Assembly (NCBI GenBank): GCA_013289145.1 | Contig: JABDAM010000002.1 | Coordinates: 7,653 to 71,652, forward strand | From: Alphaproteobacteria bacterium | GTDB taxonomy: Bacteria > Pseudomonadota > Alphaproteobacteria > UBA11073 | Reading direction: 5' to 3' | DNA length: 64,000 bases | Shown here: one piece after another, positions 28,779 through 39,414 of the stretch | Layout: each line of letters starts with the position of its first letter | Numbering within the stretch: position 1 is the stretch's first letter | Translations under genes and position numbers: made by a program | Notes under the pieces: model-generated | Told to the model about the DNA's origin: nothing | Database searches by the model: none | Seen by the model: only the letters and a program-made list of their open reading frames with translations

Positions 28779-29279
28779 ATGAGCGAAAATAAACTCCACA
28801 CCCTCTTTATTTTGTCAGACAACGAGCGCGGCGTGCTCGCGCGCGTGACAGCGTTGTTTTCCGCGCGCGGATATCAAATCCAAAACATCACAGCGGGCGA
28901 GATCAACGAAGCGCAGCATCTGTCATGCATCGCCATCACAACCGAAGGCACGGCGGAAACCATCGCGCAAATCAAAGCTCAGGTGGAAAAAATCGTCGCC
29001 GTGCGTAGTGTCGTGAACCTGACCGAGGCCCAAGGCGCGGTGCAGCGCGAATTAATGATCGTGCGCGTGCGGCGCGACGCTCCAAAGCATGACGCATTGG
29101 TAGACACACTAAATGAATTGGATGCGCGCCAAATCGCGGCGGACGAAGAATCCACATCTTTTGAACTGACGGGCGATACACGCGCAATCAATCAATACAT
29201 CGCGCGATTGAACGCTTTGGGAGCGGTTGAAATCGCACGCTCCGGCATCGTCGGCATGGCGCCCGTCAAACTGCATTAA
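28779..29279 (+). CDS. ilvH: Acetolactate synthase small (regulatory) subunit
   Basis: HTLFILSDNERGVLARVTALFSARGYQIQNITAG is the ACT domain of IlvH/IlvN. It starts 3 nt after ilvB. Confidence 0.9.
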   Translation: MSENKLHTLFILSDNERGVLARVTALFSARGYQIQNITAGEINEAQHLSCIAITTEGTAETIAQIKAQVEKIVAVRSVVNLTEAQGAVQRELMIVRVRRDAPKHDALVDTLNELDARQIAADEESTSFELTGDTRAINQYIARLNALGAVEIARSGIVGMAPVKLH

Positions 29280-30101
29280 ATGCCCGAACTGCCCGAAGTT
29301 GAAACGACCCGCCGCGGGTTATTGAAAATCTTGCCCGGCAAAAAAATTCTGCGCGCGGAAATTCATACGGAAAAATTGCGCCTACCGATTCCGCCGGAAA
29401 TCTCCGCCGCGATTAAAAGCGCACACGTGACCGATATCACCCGCCGCGCAAAGTATATGATCTGGCGCCTGTCAAACGGACGCGATCTGTTGGTGCATCT
29501 GGGCATGTCGGGCCGGTTCCGTCACAGCGCGAAAAAAGATTTTGAAAAAACCAAACATGATCATTTTATCCTTTATCTGTCCGATAATACTGTGCTCGCC
29601 TATCACGACCCGCGCCGGTTCGGTTTGATCGACTGGGCGAAACAAGGGACAGCCGATCATTCCTGGCTGGGCAATATCGGCGTTGATCCGCTCTCACGCG
29701 ACTTGAATGCTGATTGGCTTTATGAAAACCTGCGCGGGCGCAAGACAACCATGAAAGCGGCCCTGCTCGACCAGAAGATGATTAATGGTCTGGGTAATAT
29801 CTATGTCTCCGAAGCGCTGTTTTACGCTGGCATCCGCCCCACGCGCATTGCGGCAAAGGTGACGAAGCTTGAAGCCGCCCGCCTGGTGCCTGCAATCAAA
29901 AAAGTCCTGAACGCCGCGATCAAATCCGGCGGCAGCTCCCTGCGCGATTACCGGGACGTGGACGGCCAGGTTGGTTTTTTCCAGGAGCGTTTTACCGTTT
30001 ATGACCGCGCGGGCGAGCCATGCCGGACATGCGCCACCCCCATCCGCCAGATCACGCAAAACGGCCGTAGCAGCTATTTTTGTTCCCATTGTCAGAAATA
30101 A
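29280..30101 (+). CDS. mutM: Formamidopyrimidine-DNA glycosylase
   Basis: MPELPEVETTRRGL N-terminus, H2TH region, and C-terminal zinc finger CRTC...CSHCQ. Confidence 0.95.
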   Translation: MPELPEVETTRRGLLKILPGKKILRAEIHTEKLRLPIPPEISAAIKSAHVTDITRRAKYMIWRLSNGRDLLVHLGMSGRFRHSAKKDFEKTKHDHFILYLSDNTVLAYHDPRRFGLIDWAKQGTADHSWLGNIGVDPLSRDLNADWLYENLRGRKTTMKAALLDQKMINGLGNIYVSEALFYAGIRPTRIAAKVTKLEAARLVPAIKKVLNAAIKSGGSSLRDYRDVDGQVGFFQERFTVYDRAGEPCRTCATPIRQITQNGRSSYFCSHCQK

Positions 30102-30300
30102 TACTTCCGCGTAAAGAAATAATATTGCTTTTTTGTGTCTGATATAAAATTTTTCTTGCAACTTTGATCTGATTTATACTATTAAATTATCCAAATGAGG
30201 TTTCCAGCTATCCGATTGCTACTCCTACTGGCCTAGCGCCAGTGATCTCTTATTTCCCAACCTTAACCTAAACGCCATCACACAACCCAAAGAGCTTCCC

Positions 30301-30498
30301 ATGTCATCTTCTTCGTTTATTTCTGCCATTTCTCAGGCACAAACCAGCCAAGAACCCGTGAAACGCGCGGCCGCAATCAGCATAACACCCGGCATCAATA
30401 GCCCGAAACAAGCCGCTCCTGTTGCTGATACAGCAAAACCGGTTTCTGCTCATTCTGGACAATCAGCGATTCTCGGCTTGATTAATTCGATTTACTAA
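30301..30498 (+). CDS. Hypothetical 65-aa ORF (weak call)
   Basis: ORF only, low-complexity S/A/P-rich, no clear RBS. It lies in an AT-rich spacer that also has a TTGCAA...TATTAA promoter-like pair near 30160-30190. Confidence 0.2.
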   Translation: MSSSSFISAISQAQTSQEPVKRAAAISITPGINSPKQAAPVADTAKPVSAHSGQSAILGLINSIY

Positions 30499-30561
30499 CC
30501 GCTTTTCTCTTGACTTTAGCAGGGTTTTTGGCCTAAAAACCGCGCTCACAAAGGAAAAAGA

Positions 30562-30834
30562 ATGCCTCAGCATAAATCCGCCAAGACCCGTTTGCGCCGC
30601 AACGCCCGCCGCAAAGTTATCAATACCTCGCGCACCAGCGCGATCCGCACCGCCGTCCGCGCAGCGCGTGAAGCCATTGCCAAGGGTGATGTGCAAGCAG
30701 CCGAAGCGCAATTGAGCAAAACGACCTCAGCCGTACAAAAGGGTGTTGGCAAAGGCGTGGTCAAGAAAAACACCGCCGCGCGCACGATTTCGCGTTTGAC
30801 GAAGGCGTTGAAGAAAACAACAAAAGCCGCTTAA
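30562..30834 (+). CDS. rpsT: 30S ribosomal protein S20
   Basis: MPQHKSAKTRLRRNARRKVINTSRTSAIRT is the canonical S20 N-terminus. An AAGGAAAAAG RBS lies upstream. Confidence 0.95.
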   Translation: MPQHKSAKTRLRRNARRKVINTSRTSAIRTAVRAAREAIAKGDVQAAEAQLSKTTSAVQKGVGKGVVKKNTAARTISRLTKALKKTTKAA

Positions 30835-30854
30835 GAGTTAGCGCAAATTAAAAC

Positions 30855-30886
30855 AAAAAGGCCGGAAGTTCCGGCCTTTTATTTTG
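30855..30886. terminator. Bidirectional rho-independent terminator between rpsT and cpoB
   Basis: aaaaaGGCCGGaagttCCGGCCttttatttt: a perfect 6-bp GC stem flanked by A-run and T-run. Confidence 0.7.
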
Positions 30887-30901
30887 TCCCTTTAAAATTC
30901 T

Positions 30902-31828
30902 CTAGGAGCACTTTAATTTCTTCAGCTCTGCCTCCGTGCGCGTCGCGATAGAACCGGACGCCGTCGGATATTCCTTGGTCAATTGACGGAAGACAGTGCA
31001 TGCATCCTTGGTACGGTTTTGCTGTCCGAGCGACAAGCCGAGTTTCAGCAAACTATCCGGCGCCTTAATCGCCTTAGGATATTTTTGATAGCTTTCGGCG
31101 AAAACCGCGCTGGCGGCTTTGTAATTCTGGCGCGCAAAATAACTTTCACCCAGCCAATATTCCGCATTCGGCGCGAGTTTATGATTGCCGTTTTGCGCCA
31201 GAAAAGCGCGGAAATCTTTTTCCGCCGCGCCGTACTGTTTTTGCTGTAATTCACCGAAAGCGCGGTTGTATAATTCTTCCGGCGTTGCAGACGCTGCATC
31301 TGCCGTATCGGCTGCATCATCCGCATCCGGCGGCGTAGCCGCAGTTTTGTCATTTAAATTGCCTGCCGTATCCGGGCTGGAAGCGGCAGGCACCGCCGCG
31401 ACGCCGGGCGCCGTGGAGGCAGTCGCTTGTTGTTGTAGCTGTTGGAAACGCACATCCAAATCGGATTTCAATTTATCCAGATTGGCATTGGCTTGCTGTG
31501 CGTTGAAATTCGCACGTTCCACCTGGCCGGTCAGATCTCGGATTTGCGTCTCGAGCGCGGAAACGCGCGTTTCCATATTGGCGGAAACAGCGGGCACCAT
31601 CGCCCCGCCCGCGCCGCCGCTGGTGGAAACCTGGCCGGGCACATAGCCGCCGCCATAGGATTTGCGCGATAAATCTTGAACCTGGTTTTCCAATTGGTTA
31701 ATGCGTTCTTGCAGCGCCCGGTTGCTGTCATCATCCTGCGCGCGCGCCAGAACCGGCCCAAAAAACATAAGAGAAAAAAGAGCGAGGGCAAAGACTGCCC
31801 CCACTCCGTATTTCAACTGGCGTTTCAT
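30902..31828 (-). CDS. cpoB: Tol-Pal system protein CpoB/YbgF (coiled coil + TPR)
   Basis: Signal peptide, coiled-coil segment (LENQVQDL, LETQIRDLTGQVE), and C-terminal TPR block YWLGESYFARQNYKAASAVFAESYQKYPKAIKAPDSLLKLG. It is the last gene of the tol-pal cluster. Confidence 0.8.
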   Translation of the reverse strand: MKRQLKYGVGAVFALALFSLMFFGPVLARAQDDDSNRALQERINQLENQVQDLSRKSYGGGYVPGQVSTSGGAGGAMVPAVSANMETRVSALETQIRDLTGQVERANFNAQQANANLDKLKSDLDVRFQQLQQQATASTAPGVAAVPAASSPDTAGNLNDKTAATPPDADDAADTADAASATPEELYNRAFGELQQKQYGAAEKDFRAFLAQNGNHKLAPNAEYWLGESYFARQNYKAASAVFAESYQKYPKAIKAPDSLLKLGLSLGQQNRTKDACTVFRQLTKEYPTASGSIATRTEAELKKLKCS

Positions 31829-31846
31829 CGCGAAGCGCCCAAGAAT

Positions 31847-32374
31847 TTACTGAACTACCGTTACACCACGGCGGTTTTGCGCCCAGGCAGCTTCGTCATG
31901 GCCGTCAACCGCCGGACGTTCTTTGCCGTAGCTGATCGTGTTGATTTTCGCCTCAGATACGCCCAATGACACGAGATAATTTTTCACAGCCGTCGCGCGG
32001 CGCTCACCCAGCGCCAAGTTGTATTCACGCGTACCGCGCTCATCGCAATGGCCTTCAACCGTAATGTTCAGGTTCGGACGCGATTTCAGCCATTCCGCCT
32101 GTTTGCCCAGGGTCGCGCGACCATCAGCGGAGATTTCGCTGCTGTCCAGCGCGAAGAACACGCGGTCCGGCACATCCTGTGCCAATTGGCCGGTTGTTGT
32201 TCCGCCATTGTCAAAGGAAAACGGTGCCGTCGCTGCGCCGGTATTGGCGCCCGTGCCGTTGGCGTTCGCGTCATTTGCCTTGTCAGCCGTGCTGTCGCAC
32301 GCCGTCAGCAAAAAGCCGGTTGTCAATAACACCGCCAGGGCGGTGAGCCAGGATTTACGCCAAGATTGGTACAT
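31847..32374 (-). CDS. pal: Peptidoglycan-associated lipoprotein
   Basis: Lipobox LLTAC. OmpA-like domain VEGHCDERGTREYNLALGERRA. Confidence 0.9.
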   Translation of the reverse strand: MYQSWRKSWLTALAVLLTTGFLLTACDSTADKANDANANGTGANTGAATAPFSFDNGGTTTGQLAQDVPDRVFFALDSSEISADGRATLGKQAEWLKSRPNLNITVEGHCDERGTREYNLALGERRATAVKNYLVSLGVSEAKINTISYGKERPAVDGHDEAAWAQNRRGVTVVQ

Positions 32375-32493
32375 GTCAAAACTCCAGATTTAGTTTGGTG
32401 AATTCCATGTTTTTCATAGGACGGATTCCCCAGGGTCGCAATATGCAAAATCCCTTCACCGCGTTAAAAATGCATTACGATTGCGTAATCTTT

Positions 32494-33834
32494 TTAAGGC
32501 AATAACGGCGACCAAGCGGGGTCTGAGGCATCCAGCGGCGTGACAGCTTGGCGTTCGTTCATGCCGGTCAGGTCGATAGAATACATTTTGGTGTGGCCGT
32601 CAGCGCCTTCTTTAAAGTACATCAGCACGCGGCCGTTGGGCGCCCAGGTGGGACCCTCGATGTGCCAGGCTTGGGAAATCAGGCGTTCGCCGCTGCCGTC
32701 GGGGCGCATCACGCCTAAATAAAACTGGTTACCCAAAATTTTCGTGAAGGCGATCAAATCGCCGCGCGGCGACCAAACCGGCGTGCCGTAACGGCCATCA
32801 CCGAATGAAATACGGTGCGGGTTCACGCCATCGGCATCCATCACATAAATCTGCTGATGCGCGCTGCGGTCGGATTCAAAGGCAACTTGGCGGCCGTCGG
32901 GCGAATAGCTGCCGCCGGTGTTAATCGCTGGGAAATTCGTGAGTTGCTTCACATGGCGCGAAGCCAGATCCATATTGAAAATATCCGAATTGCTGCCGCC
33001 GCGGATCAAAGAGAACACCACACTCCGCCCATCCGGCGCAAAGCGCGGCGCGAAAGTCATACCGGGGAATTCACCCATGATACGTTGTTGGCCGGTTTCA
33101 AGATTATATAAATAAACACGCGGACGGCCGTTGCGGAAAGACATAAAGGTAATTTCCTGCGCCGCCGGATTGAAACGCGGCGTTAAAACCAGATCGCTGC
33201 CGTCGGTTAAAAACTTATGGTTCGCGCCGTCTTGATCCATGATGGCAAGACGTTTCACGCGGTGTGTTGCCGGACCGCTTTCAGCCACGTAAACAATGCG
33301 CGTGTCGAAATAACCAGTCTCACCCGTGACGCGGTTATAAATCACGTCGGCGATTTTATGCGCGATGCGGCGCCAATTATCCGCCGTCGTTGTATAGGCC
33401 AGACCCGCCATTTGATTCCCAGCCAAAACATCCCACAAACGGAATTCCACGCGCAGCATGCCGCCGGACGCGGGTGTTACCGTGCCCGCCACCAACGCCT
33501 GTGCGCCAATCGTTTTCCAGTCCGCCATGCGCGGTCCCTGCGCCAGAATTTGATCGGCGGGCTGAATAAAGCTGGCCGGGTTCAGCTGGCGGAATAGCCC
33601 GCTGCGTTCCAAATCCGCCGTAACGACACCGGCAATCTGCGGCCCGGTTTGACCGCCGCTGGAATCGGCAAAGTTCGTGATGGCGACGGGAATGGGCTCA
33701 CTAATCCCGCGCGTGATGTCGACGTGGATGTCGGCGCGCGCAACGCCAGAGGCGAAAGGCGAGAGACTGGAAGCAAGAACAATCGCCCAAAGCGTAAGGC
33801 ATTTTGCAAATGAAGTGGTCATGTTTTTTCTCAT
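32494..33834 (-). CDS. tolB: Tol-Pal system beta-propeller protein TolB
   Basis: 446 aa with signal peptide and repeated propeller blades (PRFAPDGRSVVFS, GSYSPDGRQVAFES, PVWSPRGDLIAF, PTWAPNGRVLMY). Confidence 0.95.
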   Translation of the reverse strand: MRKNMTTSFAKCLTLWAIVLASSLSPFASGVARADIHVDITRGISEPIPVAITNFADSSGGQTGPQIAGVVTADLERSGLFRQLNPASFIQPADQILAQGPRMADWKTIGAQALVAGTVTPASGGMLRVEFRLWDVLAGNQMAGLAYTTTADNWRRIAHKIADVIYNRVTGETGYFDTRIVYVAESGPATHRVKRLAIMDQDGANHKFLTDGSDLVLTPRFNPAAQEITFMSFRNGRPRVYLYNLETGQQRIMGEFPGMTFAPRFAPDGRSVVFSLIRGGSNSDIFNMDLASRHVKQLTNFPAINTGGSYSPDGRQVAFESDRSAHQQIYVMDADGVNPHRISFGDGRYGTPVWSPRGDLIAFTKILGNQFYLGVMRPDGSGERLISQAWHIEGPTWAPNGRVLMYFKEGADGHTKMYSIDLTGMNERQAVTPLDASDPAWSPLLP

Positions 33835-33835
33835 C

Positions 33836-33863
33836 TCTCGCCTCTAGCTTCTCGCCTCTAAAT
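33836..33863. repeat. Four tandem heptamers TCTCGCC TCTAGCT TCTCGCC TCTAAAT
   Basis: Read directly. They fill the 29-nt tolA-tolB spacer. The same family occurs at 42035-42062 (reverse orientation) and 45305-45339. Confidence 0.7.
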
Positions 33864-34694
33864 TTACAATACGTCCTTCGGATTAAAACGCAAGGTCATG
33901 TCATGCCAGTCCGCCGCGCGGTCGGGCGGCAGGTTCAGTGGTGAACATTTGGGATTCAAAATCGCGCGCTGAGCGCTTTCGGCGGCCGCACGGAAATAGG
34001 GATCGGACATTTTATCCGTGTTCATGATATCTGCCGATTGCACTGTGCGGTCGGGATTCACCACCACATGAATTTCCACAATCAAATCCCCCGCATCCTT
34101 GGAACCCGTGGGCACGTTCCAGCATTGTTCAATCTGGCGGCGCAATGCGTCGGTTTCGCTGATGGTCAGTTTATCGGATTGGATTCCCGGCGCGCCCGCA
34201 GCAGGGCCCGCGGTTTTCACGGGCGGCGCGTTGGTTTGCTGGGTTTGATCCTGCGCCTTGGATAAATTTTTCAGCAGTGAATCAAATTGCTGCGGATCCG
34301 CCTGTGCCGGTTTCGGCGCGGGTTTGGGTTTATTCTGATCCGCTTTTTTCGCTTCTGTGCCGATTAAATCATCTAAGGCTTTGCGCTGATCCGCAGGATT
34401 TTCCTTGGCGGGTACAGGTTTGACGGGTTCCGGCGCAGCTTGTTTGGGCGGCGGCGGGAGCGGCGCAGGCTTATTGTCATTTTGTTTCGCGACCTGTCCC
34501 ATGCCCTGCACTTGCGTCGTCGTGACTGGGCCGACATCGACGATATCAATCGCAATCGGTTGCGACAGTTCCAAAGGCGGCGGTTTCAAATGCGGCAAGC
34601 CGATAATCAGCGCCGCCAAAAGCACCACATGAAAAATGAATGAGGTGGTAATGGCCCCGTTAAATTCTTTGTCCGATGAAATTGCCGCCGCCAT
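33864..34694 (-). CDS. tolA: TolA-like protein (TM anchor, Pro/Lys/Ala-rich spacer, TonB_C-like domain)
   Basis: N-terminal anchor [17 protein letters not shown] and a [20 protein letters not shown] spacer. Position between tolR and tolB; the start overlaps the tolR stop (TAATG). Confidence 0.7.
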   Translation of the reverse strand: MAAAISSDKEFNGAITTSFIFHVVLLAALIIGLPHLKPPPLELSQPIAIDIVDVGPVTTTQVQGMGQVAKQNDNKPAPLPPPPKQAAPEPVKPVPAKENPADQRKALDDLIGTEAKKADQNKPKPAPKPAQADPQQFDSLLKNLSKAQDQTQQTNAPPVKTAGPAAGAPGIQSDKLTISETDALRRQIEQCWNVPTGSKDAGDLIVEIHVVVNPDRTVQSADIMNTDKMSDPYFRAAAESAQRAILNPKCSPLNLPPDRAADWHDMTLRFNPKDVL

Positions 34695-35137
34695 TACTGC
34701 GGCTGCTCCGTCACCAGCGCGAGTTTGGTAAAGCCCGCGCCGCGCACCGCCGCGATGACCTGCATCACGTCTTGATAAGGCAATTGCCGGTCGGCACGCA
34801 GATGCACGGGCGTGTCGGTTTTATTCTGCGCAATCGCCGTCAGGCGCGCGGCGAGTTCGTTTAATTTAACCGGCTGGTCTTGCAATAAAATTTTGTCGCC
34901 GGGCAAAACGCGCACCTCCAGCGGCTGCACTTTTTCATCCAACGAAGGCGCGCCCGCCTTGGGCAATTGCACTTTTACACCCGTCGAAAGCATCGGCGCG
35001 GAAATCATAAAGATGATCAACAACACCAGCATGACATCAATAAACGGCGTCATATTGATTTCATTAATCGGACGGCGCGATCCGCCGCGTCCGTAACGGC
35101 TGCGCGTGGTGTCGCCCGAGATAAGGTTAAGTCCCAT
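34694..35137 (-). CDS. tolR: Tol-Pal system protein TolR (ExbD family)
   Basis: INMTPFIDVMLVLLIIFMI is the ExbD/TolR TM motif. I chose the start at MGLNLIS (35137); the longer ORF-track start lies deep inside tolQ. Confidence 0.85.
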   Translation of the reverse strand: MGLNLISGDTTRSRYGRGGSRRPINEINMTPFIDVMLVLLIIFMISAPMLSTGVKVQLPKAGAPSLDEKVQPLEVRVLPGDKILLQDQPVKLNELAARLTAIAQNKTDTPVHLRADRQLPYQDVMQVIAAVRGAGFTKLALVTEQPQ

Positions 35138-35975
35138 AGCGCTTATCCTGAGCCTGGGGGTTATTAGGGGGCTTTGGGAAGCTGGCGGGCCCCGGCAAAG
35201 ATTGCACCGCACCTTCAGAAATATTGCGCGAGAGGATGATCTGGAAATCCGTCACAAAATTTTCGAGACGTGAAGCGTATTTGCCGAAATCACTGGCGAA
35301 TTTGTTATAGGCCAAAACCGCCGGAATAGCCGCGATCAACCCGCAACCGGTGGCGAACAGCGCTTCCGCAATCGCGGGCGCGACGACGTTGAGCGAGGTA
35401 TTTTCCGCCGCCGAAATGGCGATAAAGCTGCGCATAATTCCCCACACAGTCCCGAACAATCCGATAAACGGCGCGGCGGAACCGAGTGAAGCCAAAAACG
35501 TCATACGCTTTTCCAGCTTCGCCACTTCGCGGTTGATGGTGTTATGCATCGTTTGCGTCACACGCTGTTGCAAGGCATCAGCAATCGAAGGCGCGGTCAG
35601 CGGCAGATTTTTCTGCACCGCTGTCTGCCATTCGCGCATGCCCGCGACAAAAACCGCGATCATCGGGTCCGTCACGCGGCGCTGCACGCGTTCGTATAAT
35701 TTTTCCAGCGAACCGCCGGACCAAAACGTTTCCTCAAACACCTTCGCCGCTTTGTTGATGCGCCCGATGGTGCCGAGTTTTTCAAAAATAATCGCCCAAG
35801 ACCAGACCGAGGCCAAAATCAGCCCCGCCATGACCAGCTGCACGACGATATCGGCCTGGGTAAAAAGGCCCAGAAAACTCATGTCGTGCGGATTGGTGGT
35901 GCCAGCCAGCCTGGCGGCATCCACGGCGGTGGTGGCGGTATCGGCGCCGGTCAGCGCGATTAAAAATGTCAGCAC
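35127..35975 (-). CDS. tolQ: Tol-Pal system protein TolQ (MotA/TolQ/ExbB family)
   Basis: FLASLGSAAPFIGLFGTVWGIMRSF and AIAEALFATGCGLIAAIPA motifs. The GTG start at 35975 is preceded by cAGGAGaaaaac. The ORF-track start at 36107 has no RBS. Confidence 0.85.
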   Translation of the reverse strand: MLTFLIALTGADTATTAVDAARLAGTTNPHDMSFLGLFTQADIVVQLVMAGLILASVWSWAIIFEKLGTIGRINKAAKVFEETFWSGGSLEKLYERVQRRVTDPMIAVFVAGMREWQTAVQKNLPLTAPSIADALQQRVTQTMHNTINREVAKLEKRMTFLASLGSAAPFIGLFGTVWGIMRSFIAISAAENTSLNVVAPAIAEALFATGCGLIAAIPAVLAYNKFASDFGKYASRLENFVTDFQIILSRNISEGAVQSLPGPASFPKPPNNPQAQDKRYGT

Positions 35976-36122
35976 GTTTTTCTCCTGAACTAAGGCGGAA
36001 TCTTGCGGGAATCCTATTTCTAATATGACGCGCCGCACGCCGCGCCGCAAGTAAATGATTGGTAATTTTCTTGATTTTGGTTGAGAAATCGAGGTAATAT
36101 AACCCATACACTTGAGGAAACC

Positions 36123-36665
36123 ATGCTGATCATTTTAAGCTCCCAATCCGCCGTTAAAATCCAAGCCGTGAAAGAGGCCTGCGCCGCCCTGAACATCGAA
36201 GCGGAAGTTATAGGCGTAAAGGCAGCCTCGGGCGTGCCGGAACAACCGATGAACGTGGAAACAGCCCAAGGCGCATGGAACCGCATTATGTCCGCGCGGA
36301 AGATTAATCCGGACGGCAATTTATATCTGTCGATTGAAAACGGTATTTTCGAAAAGGATGGCGGTTATTATGATAAAGCCGTCATTGCTGCGCAAACCTC
36401 CAAAGGCGTTAAATTCACGGCCTTTTCGGACGGTGTTCAATTTCCAGCGGCTTGCGTTGAAGAAGCGCGCCAGCGGGGATTTGATAAAGTAACAGTGGGC
36501 AAAGTCATGGCGGAAAAAGGAATTGTCGCGCAGCACGATGATCCGCACCTTACCCTGACTGGCAAAAGCCGCGCGGAGTTTTTGCGGGAGACGGTGACGC
36601 GGGTTCTCAAGACTATATTCCACGCGCAAATCGCCCGTAACCCCAGCCCCGGCGCAGTGCTTTAG
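36123..36665 (+). CDS. Inosine/xanthosine triphosphatase (YjjX/DUF84 family)
   Basis: MLIILSSQSAVKIQAVKEA...ASGVPEQPMNVETAQGAWNR parallels E. coli YjjX (NPAKIQA...SGVPEQP). A GAGGAA RBS precedes 36123. Confidence 0.7.
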   Translation: MLIILSSQSAVKIQAVKEACAALNIEAEVIGVKAASGVPEQPMNVETAQGAWNRIMSARKINPDGNLYLSIENGIFEKDGGYYDKAVIAAQTSKGVKFTAFSDGVQFPAACVEEARQRGFDKVTVGKVMAEKGIVAQHDDPHLTLTGKSRAEFLRETVTRVLKTIFHAQIARNPSPGAVL

Positions 36666-37045
36666 TTCAAAGCAACCGGTATTTCCGCCAGCGCGCCCGT
36701 CGCCGCATTCACCGCGACCAGTTCCACGTCCAGTTCCGCGCAAATATCCGCGTCCCGCGTAACGATCTGGCGCAGCTGGATTTTATGGCGCATGGATTTC
36801 ACCGCTTCCACCGAAACCCCCAGCATATCATCCAGCCGCGCGGGCGCACGGTAACGCACGCGGCATTCGCGCACGACAAAAACCACGCCAAGTTTTTCGC
36901 GCAGTTCGCCCTGATCGTGCCCCAGCGCCCGCAACCATTCCGTGCGCGCCCGTTCTGCGAATTTCAAATAGTTCGCGTAATAAACAATTCCGCCCCCGTC
37001 GGTGTCTTCCCAATAGACGCGGATAGAATGGGTAAAGGAATTCAC
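36662..37045 (-). CDS. ybgC: Tol-Pal-associated acyl-CoA thioesterase (4HBT family)
   Basis: HSIRVYWEDTDGGGIVYYANYLKFAERARTEWLRALG is the YbgC hot-dog N-terminus with the catalytic Asp. Confidence 0.85.
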   Translation of the reverse strand: MNSFTHSIRVYWEDTDGGGIVYYANYLKFAERARTEWLRALGHDQGELREKLGVVFVVRECRVRYRAPARLDDMLGVSVEAVKSMRHKIQLRQIVTRDADICAELDVELVAVNAATGALAEIPVALN

Positions 37046-37842
37046 GGCGATGGCGTCAAACTGGTTTGTTCCATTGGATAAATCCGGTTTTTATTTTTTA
37101 AAATTTCTATTATCCCAGCCCTGGTATTCTTTAACAAATAACGGCCGGCAACGATATGATCCGAATTAACCATAAAATTGCTAACTAGAAATTCTATCGC
37201 TTGCCTTAATAATCCTTTATTCTCCATCGCATTTTCGGTTACCTCAATTACGACTGATCGGCCTGATGCCTCAAACGTTATATTGCGGTGTCCCTCTTGT
37301 AAAATTTGGTGCGGAATGTCTTGAATTTGGTCACGGGAAAGCTTTAAATAACTTAATGCGTGCACAACACCGGATTTGAGTTTGGCTGCCGCCTCCGCCC
37401 TGGACATCCACGCACAGATGATGGGTTGATCCGCCCGAAGATCAATAAAAAATTGTTCCCGGTCTTCGTGTAAGATATAACTTTTTATAGTCGCCGCATG
37501 CTTTTGCAATTTCCGCGCATTTTCTTCCGGTTTTTCATTCGCCAGCAAAATTACGCCGTGGCATCTGGCGGGCAATGTATCATCATCCAAACAAAATCCC
37601 TTGCCGTCCGATTTTCCGGAATCATAAGTCACAATTAGAAATTTTTCCTCATAGGCATAACCTTGAACCGTCAAATCCGGCTTACCATAAAGTTCTTGCG
37701 GCAATTGGGTAACAGGCAATTCCGATGGAGGCAAAAGCCGCCAATGATTAGGCAGCCTCAAAGAATGCAAAAAAGGCAAAATACCTATTGCGCATTCGTC
37801 CAGCAGAATTCCCGCGACTTTGTAATCCGGTTTTTTGACCAT
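37042..37842 (-). CDS. Hypothetical protein, AT-rich orphan upstream of ybgC
   Basis: 266-aa ORF whose stop overlaps the ybgC start by 4 nt. It is visibly more AT-rich than its neighbours. I recognise no motif. Confidence 0.5.
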   Translation of the reverse strand: MVKKPDYKVAGILLDECAIGILPFLHSLRLPNHWRLLPPSELPVTQLPQELYGKPDLTVQGYAYEEKFLIVTYDSGKSDGKGFCLDDDTLPARCHGVILLANEKPEENARKLQKHAATIKSYILHEDREQFFIDLRADQPIICAWMSRAEAAAKLKSGVVHALSYLKLSRDQIQDIPHQILQEGHRNITFEASGRSVVIEVTENAMENKGLLRQAIEFLVSNFMVNSDHIVAGRYLLKNTRAGIIEILKNKNRIYPMEQTSLTPSP

Positions 37843-37887
37843 TGCCCATTTTACCGCACAGGCAAGTCAATTAACAAGAGATTTCTG

Positions 37888-39372
<1,485 letters not shown>

Positions 39373-39414
39373 CTATAATCGAATGCCCTGAAAAAGGGAA
39401 GGGATTTTTTACTT

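Noticed and set aside
30102-30300. Possible sRNA in the AT-rich mutM-rpsT spacer (TTGCAA...TATTAA promoter-like pair near 30160-30190, small ctggc/gccag hairpin)
   Set aside because: It has only weak structure and no terminator, so it cannot be distinguished from an ordinary promoter region for the small ORF or rpsT.
35976-36107. Upstream extensions of tolQ (to 36107) and tolR (35138-35212)
   Set aside because: Better starts with an RBS (GTG 35975 after AGGAG) or typical family N-termini (MGLNLIS for TolR) exist. The extensions would overlap neighbouring genes or the yjjX-like start.
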